Assembly (NCBI GenBank): GCA_964016885.1
Contig: OZ024743.1
Span: forward strand, 198,896,001 to 198,960,000
Origin: Eledone cirrhosa
Lineage: Eukaryota
Reading direction: 5' to 3'
Length of the DNA: 64,000 nucleotides
Shown here: positions 41,696 to 54,245 of the stretch, piece by piece
Layout: every line of letters starts with the position of its first letter
Position numbering within the stretch: the stretch's first letter is position 1
Translations under genes and position numbers: made by a program
The notes under the pieces: generated by a model
What the model was told of the DNA's origin: nothing
Database searches by the model: none
Seen by the model: only the letters and a program-made list of their open reading frames with translations

Positions 41696-44600
41696 TTGCT
41701 CTTAGTGGGGGACTGGAATGGTATCCTGGATGCACGTTGGGACTATGTAGGGCCATGTCCCGATAGAGGGGGGTGTAACAGCCTCAAACGATTAATCGGC
41801 CGATAGATATCGACTAGATTTTCCGACTGTACCATGGTGGACGTGGAGTAATTACAGCGGAACATCTAGGTCGTACCTAGATAGGTTCCTAGTTAGAAAT
41901 AAGTTTAGGGACATATTAAGCTGTCAACGAATGTTCATGGTTGACTATTCGGATCACAAGTTGGTGACCGGAGTGGTCAACCTTGATAGAACTCATAGAC
42001 AGGGACCCGGTTACTGGAAGCTAAACTTGTCTTTACCGACAAACAAAGCTTACAGTAAGCGGATTAGCACACTAGTTAAGAAGCGTTTGACGGGGGCAAT
42101 CGTCAACAACAGGTGGTGGGGCTCTCTCAAGAGAGAAATTAGAATAGAATCGATAGGTTTTAGTCGGGAATTAGCATCAGATAGGAATAGAACTGAAAGG
42201 GAATTAACAAATAGAGTAGAAGAGGCGATTAGGAGTGGCAATGTGGCCGGCTTGCTGGCGTCAAGAACGGCCCTAGACCAGTTCTTTGATGCGAAGCACG
42301 AGGGCTGAGTTGTCAGGATTAAAATACGTGCTCTGGGTAACGAGGGAGCCAAAGCTGTTAGCTGGGCCCAAGTGACAGAGGCAAAAAGTGGAAACAAGTC
42401 CGAGATTCGGTTTTTAAAGGACCAGGATGGACGCGTGATCCTTGAACCTGAGCGGCTGAGCGCGGCCTTCCAACGGCGCTTTGCACGACAGTACGGGAGG
42501 GGTGGCGGGCCGTGTGGGGCCATGGATTTCGGTCCATACCTCGACGGTCTGGCGCGGCTCTCGGACGGAGTGGCGAAGTCCTGCGAGAGACCGATTTCAA
42601 CCGCTGAAATAGGGAAAGCGCTGAGCCAATGCGGCAAACGCAAATCTCCTGGTCTCGATGGTCTACCATACGAACTTTATGTAGCGATGCCGGGCTTGTT
42701 CTCCGGTCTCCTCGAGGCGGTCTACTGCAACTGGCAACAGAACGGGAGAATTCCCAGTTCTGTGACCAAGGGCGTAGTCACGCTGGTGAGGAAGGGCGAG
42801 AACAAGGGGAATGACATAGATAACTTCAGGCACATAGCTCTGCTAAACACAGAGTTAAAGATTTTGGCCAAGGTGTTAGCGAAGAGGTTGGCGCTTGTCG
42901 TCGAGAACCTGGTGGGAGAAGCGCAGACATGCGCAATCCCGTCCAAGTCCATTCACGACAACCTCCACCTCATGCGATACATCGTAGAGAGGGTAGGGAA
43001 CGAACCCGGCTTTGGTGGGGCCCTGATCAACTTGGATCAATCTAAGGCGTTCGATAGGGTTGACCATCGGTACCTGGATGCGGTGCTCGCGGCGGCAGGC
43101 TTCGGACCCGTTTTCGGGGGCTGGATTGCTGCAATGCACAGCAGAAACACCTGCTCGAGGGTCAACGTGAACGGCTACCTCTCGGAGCCGTTCCAAATCA
43201 CGCGATCCATTCGACAGGGATGCCCTCTCTCCTCCCTCCTGTATGTGCTGGCTCTGGAACCACTACTGCGGAAGCTGGAGCTGTTGCAGGGCATCCCCTT
43301 GGAACCGGGATTGCGGAAAGCGGTGTCGGCCTACGCCGATGAAGTGACAGTAATGGTGTCGTGCGCCTCGGAAATCGGGCAGATCGGCACCTTACTGTAG
43401 GAATATGTAAGGTTCACAGGAGCCAAGCTGAACCGGGACAAGTCCGTCGGTTTGCAGCTCGGGATGTGGAGGAGCAAATCGATGCCCTCCGACGGCATCG
43501 TTGGACGCTGGACGGAGGGACCGGTGAAGATGCTCGGGGTCTGGTTCCGACCGGACCTCCATGTGGAGAAAAACTGGGACGAGGTAACGGGCAAGATGTT
43601 TGCACTCGCCCAGAAGTGGGCTGAGTGCAAACTATCCCTGAAAGGTCGAGCGGAGGTGGCGAACGCTTATATAGCGTCCGTCATCTACTACAGCTTGACC
43701 GTCGTGCCTTGCCCAGAGAAAACACTCGCCAATATGGAGCGCGCGCTCTTCCGATTTCTTTGGATGAAGCGGGCTCCTTTGGTGAGAAGATCCATCTGCT
43801 GTCAACACCCTTCGAACGGAGGGCTGGGTATGCCGTGGCTGACGATGCGTAGACACGCATTAAGGCTACGGCACCTCCAGGTATTCCTCACCGGTCAGCC
43901 GGTGTGGGCCCTGTTTGTGAGGCGAGCCTTTCCGAGACTCGTCTCACTCACCGAGCTGCAATCCTGGGTCAAGCAAAGACCGAGAAAAGTGGGCGACTGG
44001 CACATTGAATGTGCCCAGGCGCTCACGGCCCTCTGGCAAGCGGATCCGGCAATCAGTGGAGACTCAACCTCAACATTCTATAGAGGGTTGGTGCGCAGTA
44101 AGTGCGACGACGCTCTCGGAGAGGCTCTGGGCATGGAGGAAGACGAGCTGGCCAGTCTGTTCGGTAGGACGTTTGGCCCGGGACCGATGGACAACTTCGA
44201 AAAGTCCCTGGCTTTGCAATGTTACCGAGGAGCTCTACCCGTTCGGGACAAGTTCTACAGACACGGGCGCCCGGGTAGGGACCCCTCGAAGAAGATTTGT
44301 CCAAGATGCGTGCGTGACGAGGAAACCGTCGTACACGCATTCGTACACTGCCCGGGCGTTTCTGACCTGTAGGGCTATGTAGAACGACTACTGTCGCGGG
44401 TTAGACCAATCCGGTTGACCACCGAGAACATTGTCACGATCAAACCGCCCCCCCCCCCTCCCTTTCAAAAACGAAGGAGAGGCGGTTTTCCTCTGTGTGA
44501 TAGCCATGGCGAAAGAGGTTGTATGGTGGACAAGGTTGAAAGGGCTGAGGTCAGACACCTTTCCCTCCGGCCAACAACTGGTCTTTTTTTTCAAGTACCA

Positions 44601-44721
44601 CTTTAGAAGAAGGATCAGAATGGAGAGAGGGGTGCTCTACCCCAGCAAGTTTTATGAAAGGTGGGTGAAAGTAGCGAGAATGGCCCGAGTGAATGGGCCT
44701 TCTCTCTATATCAGCCTGTAG
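41696..44721 (+). pseudogene. LINE ORF2 (APE endonuclease C-half, reverse transcriptase, CCHC finger), disrupted
   Basis: Motifs LVGDWN, SYLDRFLV, SDHKLV, GPGYWKLN, KSPGLDGLP, LDQSKAFDRVDH, IRQGCPLS, AYADEV and CPRC..EETVVHAFVHC. Stops at 42306, 43398 and 44370; frameshift in the C-run near 44450. Confidence 0.95.
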
Positions 44722-45291
44722 GTGAGAGAGGAGAAGAATGTGAAGAGGAAGGATGCACCCCCTCTTTGTGCTCCTGAAGAGGAGGGTTGCACATTTTTTC
44801 GGGGGTGTGTGCGACCCATGTCAACGCCCCTCCCTATTGAGGACATCGATTGTTAAATTTAATTTGTTATATGTTTTTTACACGTCTTTTTAAATGTATG
44901 TAAACTCCCCCCTCTGTATTTGTCCCAATCTTTGATGCCCTGGTGGCAAATAAATAGAAATATATATCTACTACATGGTACTCTCTTCAAATTCCTCTCT
45001 CTATATCAATAAACATCAATTTCTCCCCCTCTCTCTAACTAATATACAACACACTCTCCTAACCTTCTTCTCTATGTCAATAACTACCAAACTCTCCCCT
45101 TCTCCATATCTATATCTCTCTCTCTCATCTGTCTCTACATAACATGTACATAAATTGTAGCTCGTATACAAATAGTTGTGTGTTTTGGTAGTTTGTTGAG
45201 AAAAATATAATTATTGGTGGGCGGAATGACCACCGCTCCTGGCATCCCCAGTTCCACCACCCCAGACACACACACACAATTATATATATAT

Positions 45292-45846
45292 TGAACCACA
45301 CTGGCATTTGGTTGGACAATACATGCGTACCTTAGCGCCTTGTGCGTGAAGGAACACATATCCTATTATTACATCTCCTCTAAGTTGAGAACAAATTTGG
45401 TCGCTCCGACTGCTGCTAGTGATAGCTGCGGCTGGTTTGACCTACCTCCTTCTGCCTCTATCTTTACTTCGGCCCTTGATAAACCTGTTTCTACATCATC
45501 CACTCTCATCCCAGGAACAGTTTTGATAGCGCTAGTTCGTAATTTAAATTCAGGAATTTTATATTCTTCGAATGAAAAGAACCTTCTAACGAGAATCTTT
45601 CTTTGCAACGAAGGCCGTATGGTCTCCGTTTATTTTTGGGTTTCGAAACCGATCGGTAAAGGTAACTATAGTAGGTAAAGTCAATTTCTTAAAATTTATT
45701 TTGAAACTTTTTCATTATTTGCTAAACCTTGTTTATATTTGTTCTGGCTCGTTAATTTATTAACCTGCCATTGAACCACACTGGCATTTGGTTGGACAAT
45801 ACATGCGTACCTTAGCGCCTTGTGCGTGAAGGAACACATATCCTAT

Positions 45847-45849
<3 letters not shown>
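45292..45849 (-). mobile_element. Miniature LTR retroelement (TRIM-like, ~560 bp, ~82-bp LTRs)
   Basis: Identical direct repeats 45291-45369 and 45771-45849. On the minus strand the 3' LTR is TG...CA preceded by the purine tract AGAGGAGA, and the 5' LTR is followed by A-TGG; (TA)n flanks. Confidence 0.75.
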
Positions 45850-45877
<28 letters not shown>

Positions 45878-45972
45878 CTGTGAGTGTCCGTGTTTACGCT
45901 AACTCTTTGTTTATGCTACATAAACAAGTGATTTGACAAACAATCTCCATAAAGTAAGTATCGCGGTGGATA

Positions 45973-46155
45973 TAATTGTTTCTACTTTAGGCACAAGGCC
46001 AGTAATTACCCAGTACATTACTGGTACTTTATTTTATCGATCCCGTAAGGATGAAAGGCAAACTAAACCTCGGCAGGATTTGAACTCAGACTGTAAAGGG
46101 ACGTAACTACGCTATAAAGCATGGCGTCCAACCCTCTACCGATACTGCCAATCCA
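45973..46155 (-). mobile_element. tRNA-derived SINE (main family), full length
   Basis: Matches 20314-20491. Confidence 0.9.
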
Positions 46156-46312
46156 CATGGTCTAAATTCTTTCAATGTCGTACCGTACCATAGCCAAAGT
46201 CCAATGACTGAAAGGATTTAGTCCATTATATATATATATATATATATACACTCGCACACACACACACACACACATGCATACACACATGCACACACACACA
46301 CACACACACATA

Positions 46313-46358
<46 letters not shown>

Positions 46359-46603
46359 TGTGTCAGTGTGTGGGTGTGTTTGTATTTCGAGTGGAAAATT
46401 CTATGTGCGTATTGTTTTCTACATGTTTGTGTGTATATGTGTGTATATATATATGTATATGTGTGCTTTATTGTATATATAAAAGCGTCTAAATATTTAC
46501 TTCAATATGTGTATGTAATAAAGAACATTCTGTACATTGTTTTAGCTATCAGGGCTAAGGCGTTACTGGAGCACTGGTTTCAACGTCTGTATATGAGTGT
46601 GTT

Positions 46604-46646
<43 letters not shown>

Positions 46647-46987
46647 TTGTGAAGATGACAGTAATAGAAAGAAGAAAAGAGTGAATTGTTCTTTGTGTGC
46701 CAGCTGTTGGGATATCTATGTATGTTCCTTCCCTCCCCTACATGTCCGACTGTCCATAAAGCTCATCACACCCAACCCATGTTATGACCCCTGCTTTCCT
46801 ATCACATTTATCTGTTGATAAAGTCATTCATCAAGTGTTCTGTGAGAAATCTCTCATGAGATTCTTTGTCTGATTATAACTTATATTTAACTTATACTTA
46901 AATATGGAATATTTAAGTATGGTCAATGAAGAATATGTGCCAATAGCCGGCTGTGGTTGAATTTCAGGTACAATAGAACAGAAGGAA

Positions 46988-47170
46988 GGCAGTATCGGTA
47001 GAGGGTCGGACGCCATGCTTTGACGCATGGAGTTGCGGCCCTTTCCATTCTGAGTTCGAGTCCCGCCGAGATTAACTTTGCCTTTCATCCTTACGGGGTC
47101 GATAAAATAAAATACCAGTAATGCACTGGGATAATTGCTGGCCTTGTGCCAAAGGTAGAAACAATTATCA
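46988..47170 (+). mobile_element. tRNA-derived SINE (main family)
   Basis: A/B boxes and core; a partial copy lies at 47416-47505. Confidence 0.9.
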
Positions 47171-47189
47171 TTACTACTGACTGCTTTTC

Positions 47190-47730
47190 GAGATGGTCCA
47201 TCCGTGCTGTCTACCAACACTCTACCTGGTCACTCCTGGCCTTCTTTGATTAACAACACTACGCGTCTCCCTCACCATCCTTGGGGGAAGTGCTTTCTCT
47301 TTTCTGTCTACCGGGACCGCGGGACGTACAACGCGTTGGCCCCAATTGCTTTTAATATTGAGGGATGGGGAGAGCGGGAGAGACGGAGGTAATGACAGTG
47401 GGGATTTGGTTCTATTTGCCTTTCATCCTTACGGGGTCGATAAAATAAAGTACTAGTGATACACTGGGATAATTGCTGGCTTTGTGCCTATAGTAGAAAT
47501 CATTATGTTCGGACTTACTGTATATGTATATATTTATTTACCACTCCACATTAATAGATATAATTGTTAATAATTACCTTTCACGGACAGCAGACTAACA
47601 TGATAGTCGAAACAGAAGAGCTTTGAAACATTTTACAAGAATATATTATATTATATTTCCGAGATGGTCCATCCTAGCTGACTCCCACCAAACTGGTTAC
47701 TCCTGGCCCTCTCCAATTAACAACACTAGC
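47190..47730. repeat. Diverged direct repeat (47190-47262 and 47660-47728)
   Basis: gagatggtccatcc...ctggtYactcctggcc...attaacaacacta. Confidence 0.75.
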
Positions 47731-47869
47731 CAATTGTTTCGTTTTTCTACGGTTTTTTAATATATGAAACATAGAATTATCGGAATCGTTGGATTGTCGG
47801 GTTAAATGCTTGATATTTGTTCTGAGTAACAGCGATCCAAATTCACCTCCCAATGGTATCTTATCTGAC

Positions 47870-48048
47870 TTCATGAGCTAAGATCAAGTCGTGCCGCCTT
47901 CCACCATTAGTTGTGGCGAGCAGATTAATAAAATGAATAAATTCAATGTTTTTCCTGAGTTCATGAGCTGAGATCAAGTCGTAGCGCCTTCCGCCATTAG
48001 TTGTGGCGAGGAGATTAATAAAATGAATAAATACAATATTTTTCCTCA
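47870..48048. repeat. Tandem duplication (90 bp x2)
   Basis: ttcatgagctRagatcaagtcgt...aataaaatgaataaat..ttttcct twice. Confidence 0.9.
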
Positions 48049-48509
48049 ATCCGGTTAATGGTTCTTTTTCTATCTTTCATATACTAAACACAAGGCTTAA
48101 TCTTATTCTAATCGCACCTTAAATTCTGTATCGAGAATATTGCGGATCAATTTTGCATCAAATTTCACTACACGTGTATGATTTTACACTTGTGCACGAG
48201 GGCAGTACAACCAATTCCACTACATGCTAGTTAATCTATTCGTTAGAAACACATAACGATTGCGATTGCTTCAATCCATTTCTCTCGGAGTGTTCATTTA
48301 CTAATAGTATTAATGTTGTTTATCTATTTCTCTTTAAGGGGATACATCGTATATACATTTTTTAATTGAGCTACTTTTAAAAAAAAACTTCGATTAATGT
48401 GTATTTCATTAGTTGAACAACATTACAAATACCTCAGTGAGGAGGGCTCGGGTGGTGTGGGATAGCGTCCTCTAGTGGTGTCTAGGTGTTCCTATATAGA
48501 ATGAATGAA

Positions 48510-48690
48510 AAAAAAACGTAGGATAGGAGGATGGCAAGCGAGACACGTTGGAATAGCCATTCAAAAACGTGGGGGTCACTCATGTAGTTGGTTAACATCG
48601 CTCAGATCGTCGTGAGTAGCGAGGTGCTCTGGTGGGGGTGGGGAGATATCATCATCAGATTATTAGATTGACCTGGGGTTAAACAACAAC
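48510..48690 (+). mobile_element. Diverged SINE/LINE-tail ending in (AAC)n
   Basis: ...ttgacctggggttaaacaacaac end, recalled as a common octopus repeat. Confidence 0.4.
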
Positions 48691-49369
48691 GATATTGCTG
48701 GGGAAGAATCGAAAGAGCTTCATTGGATAATTGTGATTCGGGATGCACTGTATTTTAAAGAAAACATTGAGCATAGGTGTGTCGGAGCATGATTGACATG
48801 GGGTTTAACAAAAACTAGATTACTCGCCTCATTTATGACATTTATCAGATCTCCCTTCTCAACTACACTGACCTCTTGACCCTGAATACATCTGGTGGGT
48901 CTCAGTGTGATAGAGGAGTGGTGGTATGGGAATGTGATGAAATGAAGATGGAAAAGAGAAAGCAGCATTGTCCATCAACATTCAAAACATTACCGCTGAA
49001 AATCTAATGTTGAAATTCACAGTGTCTTCAGTATACTACCATCAACAACACTAACGATGCCATTGGTATCACCACGACCACTACCACCACAAAACCCCTT
49101 TCCAACCACCATCAACACCTTTACCAACATCATCACACTCACCGCGATCACCGCCATTACAAATGTTATTCTACAACCACTAACACCACCATTAAAAACA
49201 TCATTACCGTTACAACCAACATATCTATTACAGCCACCATGACTACAATAATCACCATCACTAGCACCGCCACCATCACTACTATTAACTCTAGAACCAT
49301 CATCAGCACCACCACCACCAACATCACCATCGACAAGCAGCTTAACCCCCACAACTGCCAGCAGTAACG

Positions 49370-49700
49370 CCACCAACACCACCAATGCCATAACGGCTAC
49401 CATATCTACCACAACCACCACAACTAGCACCACGACCAACAATAACAACAACACTATCTACATTGTACACATAACTACCAGCACCAACACCACCAAGGCC
49501 ATAACAGCTACCATATCTACCACAACCACCACAACCAGCACCGCGACCAACAATAACAACAACAACACTATCTACATTGTACACATAACTACCAGCACCA
49601 ACACCACCAAGGCCATAACAGCTACCATATCTACCACAACCAGCACCACGACCAAGAACAATAACAACTACACTACCTAAATCATACACATTACTACCAC
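49370..49700. repeat. AC-rich minisatellite (~110-bp unit, ~3 copies)
   Basis: ccataacRgctaccatatctaccacaacca...aataacaacaacacta repeated. Confidence 0.85.
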
Positions 49701-50150
49701 CATCACAAACATCCTTGATGTTCAATAATTCATCTTAAAAATAAACAACAACGAGAACAACATCAATACCAGCAAGAACAACAAGAGCAAGAAAAACAAC
49801 AAGTCCCACAACACCATCGACAACTGGAACAACAAGAACAATACCAGCTGTGTTAAGTAACTCAACATACAAGTAGACCATCTGTGTAGACATTTGATAA
49901 ATTAATTCTTCCTATATCTTCATTGAAATAAATAAAGCCGTAGAATCCTTCCAAAATCTTAATGGGGTTTGTTTCTGTTAAGGCCATAACTTCTAAAACA
50001 TGCTAACACCCTTACCTCAGGGAAAGTGGAATTGTTTTGTTTTTTAGGGAAGGGTGGGAGCTGATAAAAAGAATCGGCCACACATTCACACAGGTATGTA
50101 TGTATGTATCTATGTATGTATGTATGTATGTATGTATGTATATGTATATG

Positions 50151-50453
<303 letters not shown>

Positions 50454-50839
50454 ATATATATATATAAAATGGTGCCAAAATACCGAATTCACTGTACCGC
50501 ATTATTTTTTTTTTTAGAGGAGACTTTGAGCTTGTTGTAGGTCCCGTAGACCCCATGGATTCACAGTCCCTGTACCCTAAACATTCTCAGGCAAAATAAA
50601 CCATGTTCTCCCTATTTCACTTTTTATTCATTTATTTACTTTTATTGTTATATGTTTTAAACACTGACTTCAATTTGTCACCACTTGTAAGCTTCAAAGA
50701 GATTTGTTTTGGTGGCTATCATCAACAATATTACCAGTGTCAAACAAATCCACAACCGTCACGATCACGACTATTATCACCTCTATCTCTGTCACAGCAC
50801 CTATAATATCACTACCACTACCATCACCATTATCATCCG

Positions 50840-51021
50840 GTGGATTGGCAGTATCGGAAGTGAATCGGACGCCATGCTTTCCAGCACAGTTAGATCTCTT
50901 TACGGTGTGAGTTCAAATCCCGCCGAGGTTAACTTTGCCTTTTATCGGGGTCGATAAAATAAAGTACCAGTAATGTAGTGGGTAATTACTGGCCTTGTGC
51001 CAAAAGTAGAAACAATTATTA
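50840..51021 (+). mobile_element. tRNA-derived SINE (main family)
   Basis: A/B boxes, core with a small deletion. Confidence 0.9.
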
Positions 51022-52011
51022 TCCTTGTCCCCACTACTATCGCTATCGTCCCCACGTTAACACTACCACCGCTATCATCACAATCAGCACTACCAATAAC
51101 AACACCATCCTCTCTACCAATATCAACGCCACCAACAATACCATAACCGCCACCATCACCAACACTATCACCGACAACACCAATACCCACACCATTACCA
51201 CCAACCACCATCACAACCACCATCAGCACCATCACCACCGCAGTTAACTACACCATTGTCCCTACATTACCACCTCAACCGCCAACAACAACACCGACAC
51301 CACCAACAACAACACCAAGCATCAACACCAGCACCCCAACCGAAACCACCTACACCGCCACCCCCAACATCAACACCACTGACACCCCCAGCACCACCAC
51401 TATCACCAGTACCATCATCTCTACCAAAGCCATCAATACCTCTAGCACTATTATACATCAGCCATCATACCACTATGGTTTCATCATGCGAGAGGAATGC
51501 TTAAAGATTTCCACCATGTATGATTTTATGCCAAATGTTTCCTTGATATTTCTTTGAGGAATAAACACCAGTTTTACTTTATGTCTGGTGCGCTAAATAT
51601 TTGTAAATGGGACTCAGTGTAAGGTTATAGTTTACCCTTACTTAAGTTCGTGGAAAGCATTCATTTTGTGTGTATTTGTTTGAGTTAAGTTAAGACAATT
51701 AATGGTCATTGTATTTAAAGTACTCCGACATTTACCAGAATAAAACGTTAAATAGTCAATGGCAGAAATGATTGTCATAGCATTTTGGTGATCGAGGTTG
51801 ATCTAGGGATGTGCATCCTGAACACAATAGTTCATAGAACGTCTCTAAACGTTATATTTGAATGTTCAAACCATAAAAAGAAAGACACAATTAAATTAGC
51901 TACAACATTTACACAAAACTACAGCATACCATCGCTGTGCCTTATAATCTCATAAATTATTACAACACATTGATATTGTTTGATCATGATGACTTAATGA
52001 TAAATAATAAT

Positions 52012-52221
52012 AATTATTTCTACTTTAGGCACAAGGCCAGCAATTTGAAGGGGGAGGGATCAATTAAATCGACCACAGTACTCATCGGTGCTTTATATTT
52101 TCGCGATCCCGTAAGGAAGAAAGGCAAAGCAAACCGCAGAGAGATTTGTACTAAGAACGTAAAGGGCGGTATCTCTATACTGCGAAGCAGGGTGTCCGAC
52201 TCTCTACTGATACTGCCAATC
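52012..52221 (-). mobile_element. tRNA-derived SINE (main family), diverged
   Basis: Head and tail match. Confidence 0.8.
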
Positions 52222-52302
52222 TACCAATAATACTGAGCAAGACAATTAGGGAAGTATCTCAACTACTTTGATGCTAAGTTTTGAATATATGTGAATACAT
52301 AC

Positions 52303-52374
<72 letters not shown>

Positions 52375-54049
52375 GTCTGTATGTATAACATTATATATAT
52401 ATATTTGCATATATGTATATTTTCTCCGTACACACATGAAGCTATATGACACAAGAGATAAAACAAACAATAACGGAGAATAAAAGCAAACACTAAAAAG
52501 AATTACAACGAACACACCAAAAACAAAAACTAATACCTAACGTCTAACAACATCACACACACAAATACAGGCATAACTTAACGTGTTGATTGATTTCATA
52601 TTTTCAATGACATGAAAGTTTATTGGTGATTTTGTGGCGGATTATTTGTTAAGTTTATTGCTTTGCTTAAAGTCAATTTTAAATATTAAAAGCCGAAATT
52701 GAATCTATTAGATTTCTATAAAGCCGTCAAGGAGCGTATATTTGACCTAAATGAAATAGAGATTGTGTATCTCTGCAAAGGTTTAATATTTGCTGTTGAC
52801 AAAACTAAAACACTCCAGCCAATAGTTTGTGTATTTTAGAAAACAAAAGTCATTTTTATTACTATTGTTATTGTTGGTAATAGTATTATTATTATTTTTA
52901 TTTTTATCACCATCATTATTATCAATTTTATTATTATATGTATAGCATACTTATATTTTTTCATATTCTTTTTAAATTTCATTATATTGTTAACCAGTTT
53001 TTGTTGTCATTTTTGGTTGTGTTATTACTGTGTAGTGATATTTATTAGTTACAGAGTTTTATATTTTATTTTTAATGAATTAGAATTGTTGTTGTTGCTT
53101 TGTAAATATGTCTGAATATATTGGCAACTTTAATATGATAACATATAACAAAAACTATACAACCTCAACAAAACGTTGTTTTCATAACATAGAATGGAAC
53201 AAAAATAAAAATAATAAACAACAAAATGAAGTCTTAATAGTTGAATATAGGTATTGATTAGCAACAGAGATATGGACGTCTGATGATAGAGTTAGTTCTT
53301 ACACTGTTAATAACTGTGTCTATTTGGTTGGAGTGGAATCCTACCAATATCTGTCTCTCTATTTGAAGAAGTAAAATGTCTACCAGTGAAGAGAAACTAA
53401 TGGTATAGGTTCCTCTATCTGTTCAGAGCAGATATGATGAAACGTCTTAGTCCCAGGGTCCATTGAAATGGTATAAGAACATATGGGATCTGGGAAAATT
53501 AATGAATCTATAATTTTGCAGATTAATAGATAAGGTGAGCCCCTTCGGTTATGAGTGGCCATGAGCTTTACATTCATAACAGACTGACCATATATTTTAG
53601 CTCTCCGTGGAACAGGCCTGGGCATGGTATTTTATAGAAGTTCAGTAGTTACCAAGGTATATCAGTCAATTCCCTCCACGATATCGATGGTATCCCCTAC
53701 CCCTCCAAAACAAGCAAGAGCAGGTAATATTTGGCACTGATTTCGTTGCAGATACTGTTTAAATCTATTAGACTGGAGCCACGTGAAATAAGGGATCTTG
53801 TCCAAGGCGACAACGCATCGACCGGTCTAGGATTTGAACCTCCATTGGTTTAAATAACAATATTTTCAAATATAGCTCTTAAATTAAAACATATTAATGG
53901 TATGTAAAAATCAATATAGTATAAGCAAACCATGAAGTATTTTACTTTGAGAGACAATCAATGATCAATGAATCTGACTGAAATGTTAATTATATATTGA
54001 CCTTACGGCAGTCACAAACTTCTTTATTTTATAATTAGTTTAACTGCAT

Positions 54050-54245
54050 TGTAGAGCGTCGGACACCATGCTTCGCGACAGCGAGTTACGGCCCTTTACG
54101 TTCTGAGTATAAATCTCGCCGGGGTTTAGCTTTGCCATTCATCCTTACGGCGTCGATAAAATAAAGCACCAGTGAGTACTGGGGTTAATTTAATCGACTC
54201 GTGCCATTTTCAAATTTCTGGCCTTGTGCTTAAAGTAGAACATTA
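54050..54245 (+). mobile_element. tRNA-derived SINE (main family)
   Basis: Core match; a diverged piece also lies at 55880-55960 (-). Confidence 0.85.

Larger units (their letters stand above)
40971..44962 (+). mobile_element. L1/Tx1-clade non-LTR retrotransposon, internally deleted, inactive
   Basis: 5' UTR, ORF1 start, AP-endonuclease, RT and CCHC motifs, AATAAA at 44949; flanked by a long direct duplication. Confidence 0.95.

Noticed and set aside
42050-44594. Antisense and alternate-frame ORFs within the LINE
   Set aside because: By-products of GC-rich ORF2 coding sequence.
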